DNA of 64,000 bases. Origin: Reclinomonas americana ATCC 50394 (Eukaryota). The translations under genes were made by a program, and so were the position numbers. The stretch is taken from NCBI GenBank assembly GCA_048213135.1, contig PS015009.1, forward strand, positions 1,550,001 to 1,614,000. Direction: 5' to 3'. Below the pieces are notes generated by a model. That model was not told the DNA's origin and did no database searches. It worked only from the letters and a program-made list of their open reading frames with translations. Shown in pieces: positions 21,454 to 31,371 of the stretch; the stretch's first letter is position 1, and every line of letters starts with the position of its first letter.

Positions 21454-21897
21454 TTATTTTGCCTGCTCCACACTCCATCCGTCAAAGGGCTTCACAGTTG
21501 CGCAGGCGGGCGTTCCGTCTTTGGCGGTTCCGGGTACTTTTGTTTGCAGAACGGTATTGTGCTCCTGCTGAAGCTGATCGATCATATGCCAGATAATATC
21601 GCGGAGCGGAATTTTTAAACGACGCCCCCATGCAGGTTGCGGCTGATCGGCATAGGTGCCGATATCGATATAGAGGAAACGCTGACCGTTGATACCCTGT
21701 GCAAAAGGACCGAAGAAATCGGGCTGGCCTGATTTATCTTTTTTTACGCGGATGGGACAGTGAAAATGAAGATCGCCTTTCGAGGAGCGCTGGATTTGTA
21801 CCGTTTTATATACACTGCCGCTTCCTTCCTGCAAACCAAAATCAACACCGGGCGGTGGGGACAGTAATATAATATGACAGGTGATCTCCTGTTCCAT
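21454..21897 (-). CDS. DUF5990-like hypothetical protein
   Basis: GPFAQG...RFLYI..G......W.RRLKIPL...DGTPACAT pattern. Confidence 0.75.
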   Translation of the reverse strand: MEQEITCHIILLSPPPGVDFGLQEGSGSVYKTVQIQRSSKGDLHFHCPIRVKKDKSGQPDFFGPFAQGINGQRFLYIDIGTYADQPQPAWGRRLKIPLRDIIWHMIDQLQQEHNTVLQTKVPGTAKDGTPACATVKPFDGWSVEQAK

Positions 21898-21899
21898 TG

Positions 21900-22562
21900 T
21901 TATCTTTTCTTTCTTTTTCTGGCCACGATGGCTGCCGGTAAAATGAACTCAGTATTTGAAACCGGGATATTTTTTGACGGAGGATCGTTTTGTTTGTCTT
22001 TATCGGGGCATGGCGGCAGGCTGTCGGTTAACCGGGGAGATTTTGCGGTATCGCGGAAAGGGTTTTGCCATTTGATCACGTTTATACCAATACCGCCGTC
22101 AATCGTTTCACTAATCATTTCAGTTTTCTGCTTTGGGGCACATTTCTTTTTCTTTATTTTTTTCTTAACCGGAACCGGTTCTCCCTGCAAAAAGCGTTGC
22201 TCACTGAAAGTATTGTTATGCGTACCTGCCAGTGCCATATCAAAAGAGAACACGCTGCTGCTGAAACAGATGAAAAGAATGGCGAGAAATTTTTTCCAGC
22301 CCCGGACATTTCTTTTTTCTAAAAAATAGGAAGGGATCTGCACCCTTGTCCTTTCCAGTTGCGACTTCCGGAAGTGGCCACAGATCTTTTTAGTTTGATG
22401 GGCAAGAAAGAAATCCTGTATCTCTCCATCTGTCATATGCGTAAAATCAGTCACTACTTTATCACACGCGTTGCAGTACCTGCCGTTGCCGGAAGGCGTC
22501 ATATTATCCCATCCTTTTGTGCAGGGATGCGGGATGCTGAGCTGAACGAACGCGTTTTGCAT
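21900..22562 (-). CDS. Hypothetical membrane protein with N-terminal Cys-rich motif (paralog 1)
   Basis: SIPHPC..W..M.....R.C..C.K.V.DFT.M....CG.F, then a TM helix and a basic tail. Confidence 0.75.
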   Translation of the reverse strand: MQNAFVQLSIPHPCTKGWDNMTPSGNGRYCNACDKVVTDFTHMTDGEIQDFFLAHQTKKICGHFRKSQLERTRVQIPSYFLEKRNVRGWKKFLAILFICFSSSVFSFDMALAGTHNNTFSEQRFLQGEPVPVKKKIKKKKCAPKQKTEMISETIDGGIGINVIKWQNPFRDTAKSPRLTDSLPPCPDKDKQNDPPSKNIPVSNTEFILPAAIVARKRKKR

Positions 22563-22563
22563 A

Positions 22564-23241
22564 TTAGTTTTTTCTTTTCCTTTTTCGCCATCCTGCCGGA
22601 ACCAGGAACTCCATTTTACTGAAGGGGTTCTTTCTTACCGGTTTTTCTTTATTTCCCCTATCTTTTTCCGTCAAAGCAAGATGAGCTATGGGTAATACTT
22701 TGGGAATCGGTAAGGGGTAACTGCTAAGGACTTTATTTTCATTAGTGGGTTCGAGGGTGGTATAACCCAACGTTGTTCCCACCTCCATCATTCGCGGAAC
22801 ATCCCACAGATTTTTTTTACGCCTTTTTTTCTTCCTTACTTTTCCCGGACCATTTTTCCATGTTCTTTCTTTGTTTAACTCCATTACTCCCGGCAGATGA
22901 AAGTTTCCGGCGACCGCTACGTCAACTGAAAACATACTGCTGCCAAAACAGATCAGCAATACAACCAAAAATTTCTTCCACAACGGAATAGGCTTGGAAA
23001 GGATATACGAGGGCACCTGTATCCTTATTTGGTCCAGTTGCATATTCCTGAACCTGCCGCAAAGCGCTTTGCCATGATGCTGAAGGAAAAATTCCTGCAC
23101 CTGTGTGTCGCTCATTCCTGTAAAATCGGTGACTACTTTGTCGCAGGCCATGCAATGCCTGCCGTTGCCGGAGGGTGTCATCTGCTCCCAGCTTTGGGTG
23201 CAGGGATGCGGTATGCTGATCTGATAAGCAGGGCTGGTCAT
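22564..23241 (-). CDS. Hypothetical membrane protein with N-terminal Cys-rich motif (paralog 2)
   Basis: Same motif set as 21900-22562; 1-bp gap between the genes. Confidence 0.75.
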   Translation of the reverse strand: MTSPAYQISIPHPCTQSWEQMTPSGNGRHCMACDKVVTDFTGMSDTQVQEFFLQHHGKALCGRFRNMQLDQIRIQVPSYILSKPIPLWKKFLVVLLICFGSSMFSVDVAVAGNFHLPGVMELNKERTWKNGPGKVRKKKRRKKNLWDVPRMMEVGTTLGYTTLEPTNENKVLSSYPLPIPKVLPIAHLALTEKDRGNKEKPVRKNPFSKMEFLVPAGWRKRKRKN

Positions 23242-23499
23242 GGTAAACGTGTTCTTAAAATTAATTATTTAACCCGGCAGGCAAAGCCCTCGCAGCCCCG
23301 GTGAGAAAAAATTAACAATTTAACAGGAGCCGGAACTGGTTTACGTTTACCCACTGGCGATAGCGGGATTATTCACCAGCAATAAGCCGGGACAGGGATG
23401 ATCAACTGCTGCACTACCACTATCAGGTTATAGCACAGGTGCATAAAAACTGGTATATTCACCTTTTATAATATCAACCTAACCAAAACCAACTGCTTC

Positions 23500-24054
23500 A
23501 TGATCACCCTCATTGTTATCGGCGTCATTGTAGTCCTGCTCATCTTCTGGCTCATCAGCGTGTATAACCGGCTGGCTAAGGAACGCATCCTTACCGAAGA
23601 AGGGGCCAGCGGCGTTGGCACCTGCCTGCAGCAGCGGAACGATCTTATCCCTAACCTGGTAGAAACCGTAAAAGGCTATGCCGGTCACGAGAACGCCACA
23701 CTGGTGGAAGTGACCAAATGGCGCAACCAGAGCGCTGCCGCCACCACTATGGATGAACAAAACCAGGCATCCGTGGGACTGAAACAGGCGCTGATGAATA
23801 TGCTTTCCATCACCGAGAATTATCCTGAACTGAAGGCCAATGCCAACTTCCAGGAATTGATGCAGCAACTGTCGGCAATAGAGGAAAAGATCAACGATGC
23901 CAGGCGTTACTATAATGGCACAGTGCGGACTTACAACCAGCGGCTGGCGGTTTTCCCCAATAATATGGTAGGCGGAAGCTTTGGTTTTAAACCCGCAGTA
24001 TTCTTTGCGGAAGACGCGGAAGCTAAAGTTGCTCCCAAAGTAAAATTCACCTGA
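23500..24054 (+). CDS. lemA: LemA family protein
   Basis: R.DLIPNLVETVKGY..HE; ENYPELKAN.NF; ARRYYN. Confidence 0.95.
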   Translation: MITLIVIGVIVVLLIFWLISVYNRLAKERILTEEGASGVGTCLQQRNDLIPNLVETVKGYAGHENATLVEVTKWRNQSAAATTMDEQNQASVGLKQALMNMLSITENYPELKANANFQELMQQLSAIEEKINDARRYYNGTVRTYNQRLAVFPNNMVGGSFGFKPAVFFAEDAEAKVAPKVKFT

Positions 24055-24058
24055 TCCC

Positions 24059-26272
24059 ATGATCCGTTTATTACAGATCCTCTGCTTTGTACTGGCGGGC
24101 AGTGTATCATTGGCCCAACGCCCCGACGCGGAAGCCGGTCCTTCTGATTGGGGGAAGAAAATATCTTATTATTACTCGGCTGCCAGCGAACGCTACTTCA
24201 GCGACCGGGAAATAGACTCCATTTTCTATTTCAGTGTCAAAGAACTGTTTAACTATAACGGTATCCCCGCCAATGTTTTTGAATCGAAATACCAAACGAT
24301 GAAGCCCCAGCTGGTGTCGGCCACAAGAGTGGACATTGGCCAGGCCTTTCGCTGGGTGGAAAGCACAGGAGATGCCACCATCAGGGCCCCCAAAGGATCT
24401 GAAGCATTTACACGCAATAAGGAACTATATATAAAGAGCCTCGTTAAATGCATCAACAAGGCTTTTGTCAATAACCGCAACCTGCGCCGTTACTTCGGTT
24501 TCAACGGCAGCGACCGCATTACTTATTTCAACAGCACGGTACGGGTACAAAAAAACGGGAAACTGCTGGTAACGGAAGAGATCAGCATCTACAACGGTGA
24601 CGGTACTTCCGGCAGCGATGAACCCGGCGGCGGTGAAATTAACAATGAAATTAAAAGAGGCATTGTAAGGGCGTTCCCGCTCTATTATGTGAATGAAAAA
24701 AAACTCTTCCAGAACACGACGTTTAAAGTAAAGAGAGTGCTCCGCGATGGAATGCCCGAGGATTATCATACCGAGAAAAAAGACAACGGCATCCTGCTGT
24801 TCACCGGCAATAAATACCGTTTCCTCGATAAGGGGTTCTATAAATACACCATCACCTACGAAACGGATCACCAGCTGAAACTGCTGAAAGATTATGACGA
24901 GCTGTTCTGGAATGTGACCGGCACCGGCTGGAACTTCAGGATGGATTCGGTAAAGTGTACCATCATTGTTCCCTCTTCAAAAATAGTATCCAACGCCTGC
25001 TATACCGGAGAAGAGGGCTCCAAAGCTTCCGATTGCGATTTTACCCTATACACCGAAGGCGACAGCACCCATATCATTTTTCGTTCGGCCCAATCCCTGC
25101 TGCCCAGGCATGGCTTGTCGGTCGCCAGCTCCTGGCCCAAAGGAATTGTAAGTACGCCTACTGCATGGCAGGACGCGAAGTACATGGTGTGGAACAACAA
25201 AGCGGTGTTCTTCCTTCCGCTGGCGGCTTTGTTCAGCGCCATCTTCTGTTTTATCTACTGGTTAAAATATGGCCGCGACATGGCGAAGGGTTCCATCTAC
25301 CCTGAATACCAGCCCCCGGTCGGGTTTTCGCCTGCCGCGATAGGGTACATCCGCGATCAGCGTTTCGACAAAAGATTTACGGCGGCCACTATCGTAGATG
25401 CTGCGGTGCGTAATATCGTGGGTATAGACGTGGAAAGAGGTGGGTGGGTGTTCAAGCACAACATCTACACCATACGCATGCCCGACAAAAAGCAGAAGCC
25501 GCCGGTAAGTACTTACGAAGATTTTAAAAGTGAAGTCAAAGATCTTGTCGGCACATCTATTGAAAAAGGAAAATACAATTCCGCCCTCGCCGACCTGAAC
25601 AAGAAAGTAGAAAGTCACTGCGACAGCAACTATCGCAATAAGGACGGAAAGAAAGCCATTAAAACGAAAGGCTATTTTTCGCTCAATACTTCTTTTACTT
25701 CCATACCGATATTGGTTTGTATCGCCGCGGCGTTGTGGGGTTTTTTCGGTGGCATTTATCCTATTGTATCGGCCCGCAACTTTACGCAGCTGGGTTATTT
25801 CGCGGCGGGCATATTCCTTTGCTGGCTGGTGTTGAAAATATTCAGCCGGTTGCTGCCCGCATACAATGCGGAAGGCCGCAAGCTGATGGATCATATTGAA
25901 GGGTTCCGCATGTTCCTGGCTACGGCCGATGTACAGCGGTTCGATGCCATGGCACCGCCGGAAAAAACACTGGAACTGTATGAAAAATTCCTCCCTTTCG
26001 CCATAGCGCTCGATTGCGAAGTGGAATGGGGTAAACAGTTTGAATCCATACTGGAAGCCGCCCGGCTCGATCCCGGTACGGCAACCATGTCTTCTTTCAC
26101 CAGTCACATGACCCACGACAGCGACAGCATCAGTTCTTCTTTCGCCTCTTCTTTTTCGGGCGCCATCACATCGGCCAGTTCCCCGCCTTCCAGTTCATCC
26201 GGTGGTGGAAGTTCTTTTGGTGGCGGATCAAGCGGCGGTGGTGGTGGTGGCGGTGGTGGTGGCGGGTGGTAA
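24059..26272 (+). CDS. DUF2207 membrane protein
   Basis: ELFWNVTG.GW, YEKFLPFAIAL, Ser/Gly-rich tail ending GGGGW; follows lemA. Confidence 0.92.
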   Translation: MIRLLQILCFVLAGSVSLAQRPDAEAGPSDWGKKISYYYSAASERYFSDREIDSIFYFSVKELFNYNGIPANVFESKYQTMKPQLVSATRVDIGQAFRWVESTGDATIRAPKGSEAFTRNKELYIKSLVKCINKAFVNNRNLRRYFGFNGSDRITYFNSTVRVQKNGKLLVTEEISIYNGDGTSGSDEPGGGEINNEIKRGIVRAFPLYYVNEKKLFQNTTFKVKRVLRDGMPEDYHTEKKDNGILLFTGNKYRFLDKGFYKYTITYETDHQLKLLKDYDELFWNVTGTGWNFRMDSVKCTIIVPSSKIVSNACYTGEEGSKASDCDFTLYTEGDSTHIIFRSAQSLLPRHGLSVASSWPKGIVSTPTAWQDAKYMVWNNKAVFFLPLAALFSAIFCFIYWLKYGRDMAKGSIYPEYQPPVGFSPAAIGYIRDQRFDKRFTAATIVDAAVRNIVGIDVERGGWVFKHNIYTIRMPDKKQKPPVSTYEDFKSEVKDLVGTSIEKGKYNSALADLNKKVESHCDSNYRNKDGKKAIKTKGYFSLNTSFTSIPILVCIAAALWGFFGGIYPIVSARNFTQLGYFAAGIFLCWLVLKIFSRLLPAYNAEGRKLMDHIEGFRMFLATADVQRFDAMAPPEKTLELYEKFLPFAIALDCEVEWGKQFESILEAARLDPGTATMSSFTSHMTHDSDSISSSFASSFSGAITSASSPPSSSSGGGSSFGGGSSGGGGGGGGGGGW

Positions 26273-26448
26273 TTTAAATGAAGGAGTGGAAGAATGAAGG
26301 AATGGAAAATGCGGATGCAGTTATTTTTCCCGGCATCTGCTCCGCGTACTCCTGCTCTCCACGATAAAATAACAAACAGTGCAGCCGCTTATACAAATTC
26401 TGTCACAGCCAGCTCCTGTATTGTTATCTTCGTCGTACACCCGTAAGG

Positions 26449-27423
26449 ATGAACAAAGTATTGCCATTGATCATTTGCTTTCTTATGGCGGGCGGCAGCC
26501 TGTGGGCATCGCCTGCGGATTCGGCATTACCGGTTAAACCAGTTCAGCGCCCTCTGCCCGATCCCGTGGTGAAAACAGATACACCCACCTGCATCATCCC
26601 TTATGGCAGGGCCGGCAACCTGATTATTGTAAGAGCAAAGATTGATACGATAGAAGGCAACTTCATCCTCGATACCGGTTCACCCGACCTGGTGCTTAAC
26701 CTCACCTATTTCCGCAACTACGAATTGCTGCACGACGACCCTACGGAAGAAACCGCGGGCATTACCGGCACAACAGCCGCCGTTTCCAAAACCCTGGCCA
26801 GGCAATTCACCTTCGGCAGTTTTCATTATTTCAATACGGTTGCGCATCTTGCTAACCTGGGGCATATTGAGAACAGCAAAGGCATAAAAATACTCGGCCT
26901 TATTGGCCTGCAGATGCTGAAAAACTGCGAAATGATCATTGATCCCGACAGTTCGCAGATCTATCTTCATTATTTCAGTAAAAAAGACAGGGGAACTTAC
27001 CGCAATGAGTGGCTGAAAAATCCGGAGACGTATGAAGTACTGCCCTTCGACATTATAGAAAGCAAGATCATCACCAAAGTGGAGATCGCCGGTAAAAAAC
27101 TCAAACTGGCCATCGACTGCGGGGCAGAGACCAACCTGCTCGACAGCCGCCTGCCCGATGTGGTTTTCGACAACATCACCATCAGCCGGCGTATTATGCT
27201 TACGGGTGTGGGGAGCAGAAAAACGGAAGCGCTATACGGCAACCTCAACCGCATGAAGATTGGCGGCCGGGAAGTGAACAACCTGGCTTTTGTGATCACC
27301 AACCTGGAAAAAACCTGCTTTTCCTATATCAATTGTATTGACGGAATTTTAGGGTTTGATTTTCTTGGTATGCATAAAATCGGGTTTAATTTTGTAACGA
27401 ATAAAATGTATATATGGAAATGA
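26449..27423 (+). CDS. Exported two-lobed retropepsin-like aspartyl protease
   Basis: FILDTGS, IDCGA, GLIG and DGILG motifs; signal peptide. Confidence 0.85.
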   Translation: MNKVLPLIICFLMAGGSLWASPADSALPVKPVQRPLPDPVVKTDTPTCIIPYGRAGNLIIVRAKIDTIEGNFILDTGSPDLVLNLTYFRNYELLHDDPTEETAGITGTTAAVSKTLARQFTFGSFHYFNTVAHLANLGHIENSKGIKILGLIGLQMLKNCEMIIDPDSSQIYLHYFSKKDRGTYRNEWLKNPETYEVLPFDIIESKIITKVEIAGKKLKLAIDCGAETNLLDSRLPDVVFDNITISRRIMLTGVGSRKTEALYGNLNRMKIGGREVNNLAFVITNLEKTCFSYINCIDGILGFDFLGMHKIGFNFVTNKMYIWK

Positions 27424-28844
27424 GGCGCTGGATATACTATATAAGAATACTGGCAACACTGGCAGCAGTGCTGGCATCGCCTTTATATACACAGGCCCAG
27501 GAACCCGCGGGCAAATACAAAATAAAACACGGTAAGATGCAACTGGAGATCAGCGCGGATGTCACCCCTGCAGGACTCGACAGTTTTATGCGGCAGTTCA
27601 ACCTGCAGGGCATTGGCCTCAGCGGTTTCTTTTCGGGCGGCTCTTTCGATTCACTGAAAACACAGGGCTGGACTTTTGAGAACAATGGCAAAGGCCTTTA
27701 TATTTTTACCAAGCCCCTGGTTAACCTCGCCAATCTCGATGACCCCGGGGCCAGGATCATTTTTACCGGGAAGGATAACATTGAACAGGACTTCTTTTAT
27801 ACAGGAGGCCCCGTGGTGTATGGCACCAACAAACTGAAAAAGAAAACGTTTACTGTCAGCGGCGATACAGTACAATTCTTTCTCCGCGGTTATAACAAAG
27901 CAGGTAAAGTAGTGCTGGCGGGCAATTTCAATAACTGGTCGCCCGATGCATTGCCAATGACCCGTACCGACAGCGGCTGGATTGCCCGTGTAGTACTGAA
28001 GCCGGGTAAGTACTGGTATAAGTTTATTGCCGATGGCGAATGGTTCACCGACCCCGACAACAGTGCCAGGGAAAACGATGGCAATGGTAATATGAACTCT
28101 GTATACTATCAGCCCAATCATATTTTCCGCCTTAACCCGGCAAAGGAATATAAGCGGGTATACGTGTCCGGTAGTTTTAATAACTGGAAAGAGAAAGAAC
28201 TGCTCATGACCAATGTTAACGGCCAATGGCAGCTGCCGGTTTTCCTTTCCAATGGTACCCATACTTACCGCTTCATTGCCGACGGGGACTGGTTTGTTGA
28301 CCCTGCCAACCCGGTAAAAGTTCCTAACTCGTTTAATGACTATAACTCCGTGATCACATTGGGCCAGTCGCGTATTTTTGAGCTGAAAGGATATACCAAT
28401 GCCTCCAAAGTAATGTTCACCGGCGATTTCAACGGATGGAAAGAGTATGAGCTGGTGATGATAAAGACCGATTCCGGCTGGCGGCTTCCCTATGCGTTGG
28501 GATCAGGCAATTACGAATACGCTTTCCTGGTTGACGGGAAAAAAGTGGATGCCGGTGGCAGGAATTTTTTCCTGGTGCTGGACCCCAATTACACTTTCCG
28601 CCTCAAAGGATATGCAGCAGCGAAGCAGGTGTTCCTTTCCGGCACGTTCAACAACTGGGTGCAGGATAACATTCCCATGCAAAAGGATGGCGACGACTGG
28701 ATATATGCCCTGCACCTGGCGCCCGGTAAAGTGCTGTACAAATTCGTGGTGGACGGCAACTGGATCGTTGACCCCGCCAATACCCAGTGGGAACAGAACG
28801 AATACGGAACAGGTAATTCAGTATTGTGGATTGAGAACAAATGA
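27414..28844 (+). CDS. Exported protein with four CBM48/AMPK-beta-type glycogen-binding domains
   Basis: Four copies of V...G.FN.W....M.....W......L..G...Y.F..DG. Confidence 0.88.
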   Translation: MEMRRWIYYIRILATLAAVLASPLYTQAQEPAGKYKIKHGKMQLEISADVTPAGLDSFMRQFNLQGIGLSGFFSGGSFDSLKTQGWTFENNGKGLYIFTKPLVNLANLDDPGARIIFTGKDNIEQDFFYTGGPVVYGTNKLKKKTFTVSGDTVQFFLRGYNKAGKVVLAGNFNNWSPDALPMTRTDSGWIARVVLKPGKYWYKFIADGEWFTDPDNSARENDGNGNMNSVYYQPNHIFRLNPAKEYKRVYVSGSFNNWKEKELLMTNVNGQWQLPVFLSNGTHTYRFIADGDWFVDPANPVKVPNSFNDYNSVITLGQSRIFELKGYTNASKVMFTGDFNGWKEYELVMIKTDSGWRLPYALGSGNYEYAFLVDGKKVDAGGRNFFLVLDPNYTFRLKGYAAAKQVFLSGTFNNWVQDNIPMQKDGDDWIYALHLAPGKVLYKFVVDGNWIVDPANTQWEQNEYGTGNSVLWIENK

Positions 28845-28870
28845 TAAGCCGCGACCTGAAATAAATTGCT

Positions 28871-29341
28871 ATGGAAAATATACAGATAAGACAAGCTTTA
28901 CCATCCGACCTTGAAACACTTCTCCGTTTTGAACAGGGCATCATTGAAACCGAGCGTCCTTTTGATCCCACGCTGAAAAAAGGGCACATTAATTATTATG
29001 ACCTGTCTGCTTATGTGGCATCACCCGATGTGGAAGTGGTGGTAGCGCAGATCGGCGATGAAGTGGTGGGCTCTGGCTATGCCCTCATCCGCGAAGCGAA
29101 AGATTTTGAACAGCATACCCATTACGCTTACCTGGGTTTTATGTATGTGAAGCCCGAACACAGGGGTAAAGGCATTAACCAGGCCATCCTTAAAGCGCTT
29201 CAGCAATGGGCTGCCGGCCGCGGCCTCACCGAAATACGGCTGCAGGTATATGACGACAATGGAGCGGCGGTAAGGGCATATGAAAAAGCAGGTTTCAAAG
29301 CGCATATGCTGGTGATGCGACTGGACATTGGCGGGGAATAA
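28871..29341 (+). CDS. GNAT family N-acetyltransferase
   Basis: YVKPEHRGKG motif A; N.AAVRAYEKAGF. Confidence 0.92.
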   Translation: MENIQIRQALPSDLETLLRFEQGIIETERPFDPTLKKGHINYYDLSAYVASPDVEVVVAQIGDEVVGSGYALIREAKDFEQHTHYAYLGFMYVKPEHRGKGINQAILKALQQWAAGRGLTEIRLQVYDDNGAAVRAYEKAGFKAHMLVMRLDIGGE

Positions 29342-29354
29342 GTCTGTAAACCAG

Positions 29355-30008
29355 CTATTGTTTTACCGTCCATTTCACGGGCTTATCGAATGGTCGTAAC
29401 AGTTGCCCGTTATACAAAAGCAGTTCATCTTTATCCGTTTCTTTGGCATCGATGCCTTTACCATCTTTATTGGAGAAGAGCAGGCAACTGCACCTGGCAA
29501 AACCAGCAGCGGTGCTGTCGAGAATCACTTCTATACTGCCGCCTTTACCCGCCTTGCCTTTATCGCCTTCTACACCTTTGCTGGAGCGGCCGCCGGCCCC
29601 GCCATTGGCGCCATCGGCAATGATCTTGATCTGTCCCTTTTCAGGATTGACATAAAACGAATCCGTAAGCTGCGTACCGGGGTTCAGAATGGTTAACAAT
29701 AAGAGTTGCCGGTTGTACAGTGTAGTCGTGCTGACCATCACTTTCAGATCGGGACCATCATTGCCTTTTTTGCCGTTCTTGTTTAGTGCGCCAAGGGTAA
29801 TCAGCTCCACCATAAAGTCAACATCTTTCCCGTCCTTACCGTTTTTAGGGGTGTAATCAACGATCTGCACATCGTTCACCTTTTTAAAAAAAGCGGAACT
29901 GTCGGAAAGCAGGTACCTGCCCTGCGCCGGCAAATGATAGTGAGCGGCCATGACCAGTACCATTATCCCTGCCACCCGACCCCATGATTTAATCGCCCGG
30001 AATACCAT
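29355..30008 (-). CDS. Hypothetical exported protein with short Gly-X-Y-like segments
   Basis: Long ORF filling the gap; signal-like N-terminus. Confidence 0.65.
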   Translation of the reverse strand: MVFRAIKSWGRVAGIMVLVMAAHYHLPAQGRYLLSDSSAFFKKVNDVQIVDYTPKNGKDGKDVDFMVELITLGALNKNGKKGNDGPDLKVMVSTTTLYNRQLLLLTILNPGTQLTDSFYVNPEKGQIKIIADGANGGAGGRSSKGVEGDKGKAGKGGSIEVILDSTAAGFARCSCLLFSNKDGKGIDAKETDKDELLLYNGQLLRPFDKPVKWTVKQ

Positions 30009-30127
30009 ACACGCTTATTTACGTTATAAATATACGCCGGGGAAATCCTTACCAGGCAAATGCCGTTGCATTTATGTAATATCCTTCCCAAAAACATCAA
30101 TACATTGTAACTTGTTATTGCTTCGCC

Positions 30128-31315
30128 ATGAAGAAACTATGTATAGCCATATTATTACTGTGCTGCTTTTCCGTTGCCCATGCCCAGGAGATACTGTCGC
30201 AACCTAACGCCAGGCTGCTTACCCGCTTTCCTTTCCGCCAGTATAGTGGCGGGGTAATGATGATACGGGCGCAGTTCGGCAATATTAAGGACAGCCTCAA
30301 TTTTATCCTCGATACCGGCAGTGGCGGCATCTCGCTGGATTCCTCCACCTGCCAGGAGTTCAAAATACCCGTTACCGCCACCGATACCACCATTACCGGC
30401 ATTGGCGGCATCCGGAAAGTGGCTTTCGCGTTTGACCGCATCCTGCACCTGCCCAATCTTACCATGGAGCACCTCAATTTCCATGTCAACGATTACTCCG
30501 TCCTCAGCAGTGTTTACGGCGAAAAGGTGGACGGCATTATCGGGTACAGTTTTTTCAGCCGGTATATTGTGAACATCAACTTCGACAGCCTGCAGATATC
30601 GGTTTACAGCCCGGGAAATTTCCGTTACCCCGACCAGGGCACGACGCTTCACCCGGCTTTTACCGCCCTGCCCATACAGTGGCTGACCATCAAGGACAAG
30701 AAGAAACAATCGTCTAATTTTTATTTTGATACCGGCGCGGGCCTCTGCTTTCTGATGAGCGATAAATTTGCCAATGACAGCAGCATCCTGTTGTCACGCC
30801 GCCGGCCTGTCGTTACCCAGGCAGAAGGAATGGGCGGCAAACTGCAGATGCGGCTTACCGTGATCAAAGAAGTGAAGATTGGCCCTTACCGCTTCCGCCG
30901 TGTACCCACCTACATATACGACGACGATTATAATGTTACCTCGTACCCTTTTACCGGCGGGCTTATCGGCATCGACCTGCTTCGTCGTTTTAATATCACT
31001 CTCAACTATGCCAAAAGAGAGATACACCTGGAACCCAACAGCCACATCAATGAAGGATTCGACTATGCCTATACCGGGCTGGGCATTTATTACATCGACG
31101 GAAAAATAATGGTGGAAGACGTAATCGAAGATTCGCCGGCCTATAAGGCAAAATTTAAGGTGGGAGATGAACTGGTGGCTGTAGATAAGAATTTCTCCCG
31201 CAACATACAGGTTTATAAGAATATTCTCCAGAACGCTAATCAGGAAATGCAGGTGATCGTACGCCGCGATAACCGGCTGCTGGAACTGAACCTGAGGGTG
31301 GGTATGATCCATTAA
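30128..31315 (+). CDS. Two-lobed aspartyl protease with C-terminal PDZ domain
   Basis: FILDTGS, FDTGA, GLIG.D; PDZ GLGI...V..DSPA..A.FKVGD. Confidence 0.9.
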   Translation: MKKLCIAILLLCCFSVAHAQEILSQPNARLLTRFPFRQYSGGVMMIRAQFGNIKDSLNFILDTGSGGISLDSSTCQEFKIPVTATDTTITGIGGIRKVAFAFDRILHLPNLTMEHLNFHVNDYSVLSSVYGEKVDGIIGYSFFSRYIVNINFDSLQISVYSPGNFRYPDQGTTLHPAFTALPIQWLTIKDKKKQSSNFYFDTGAGLCFLMSDKFANDSSILLSRRRPVVTQAEGMGGKLQMRLTVIKEVKIGPYRFRRVPTYIYDDDYNVTSYPFTGGLIGIDLLRRFNITLNYAKREIHLEPNSHINEGFDYAYTGLGIYYIDGKIMVEDVIEDSPAYKAKFKVGDELVAVDKNFSRNIQVYKNILQNANQEMQVIVRRDNRLLELNLRVGMIH

Positions 31316-31359
31316 GCAGGACTTTATTTCCTTAATTCCTGCATTCCTTCCTTCTTCCC

Positions 31360-31367
31360 TAACTTTG
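31360..31367 (+). promoter_or_regulatory. -7 promoter element TAACTTTG
   Basis: TAnnTTTG 4 nt before the ATG at 31372. Confidence 0.55.
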
Positions 31368-31371
31368 CCCT

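Noticed and set aside
26201-26269. GGT/GGC microsatellite
   Set aside because: Encodes the normal Gly-rich C-terminus of DUF2207 proteins
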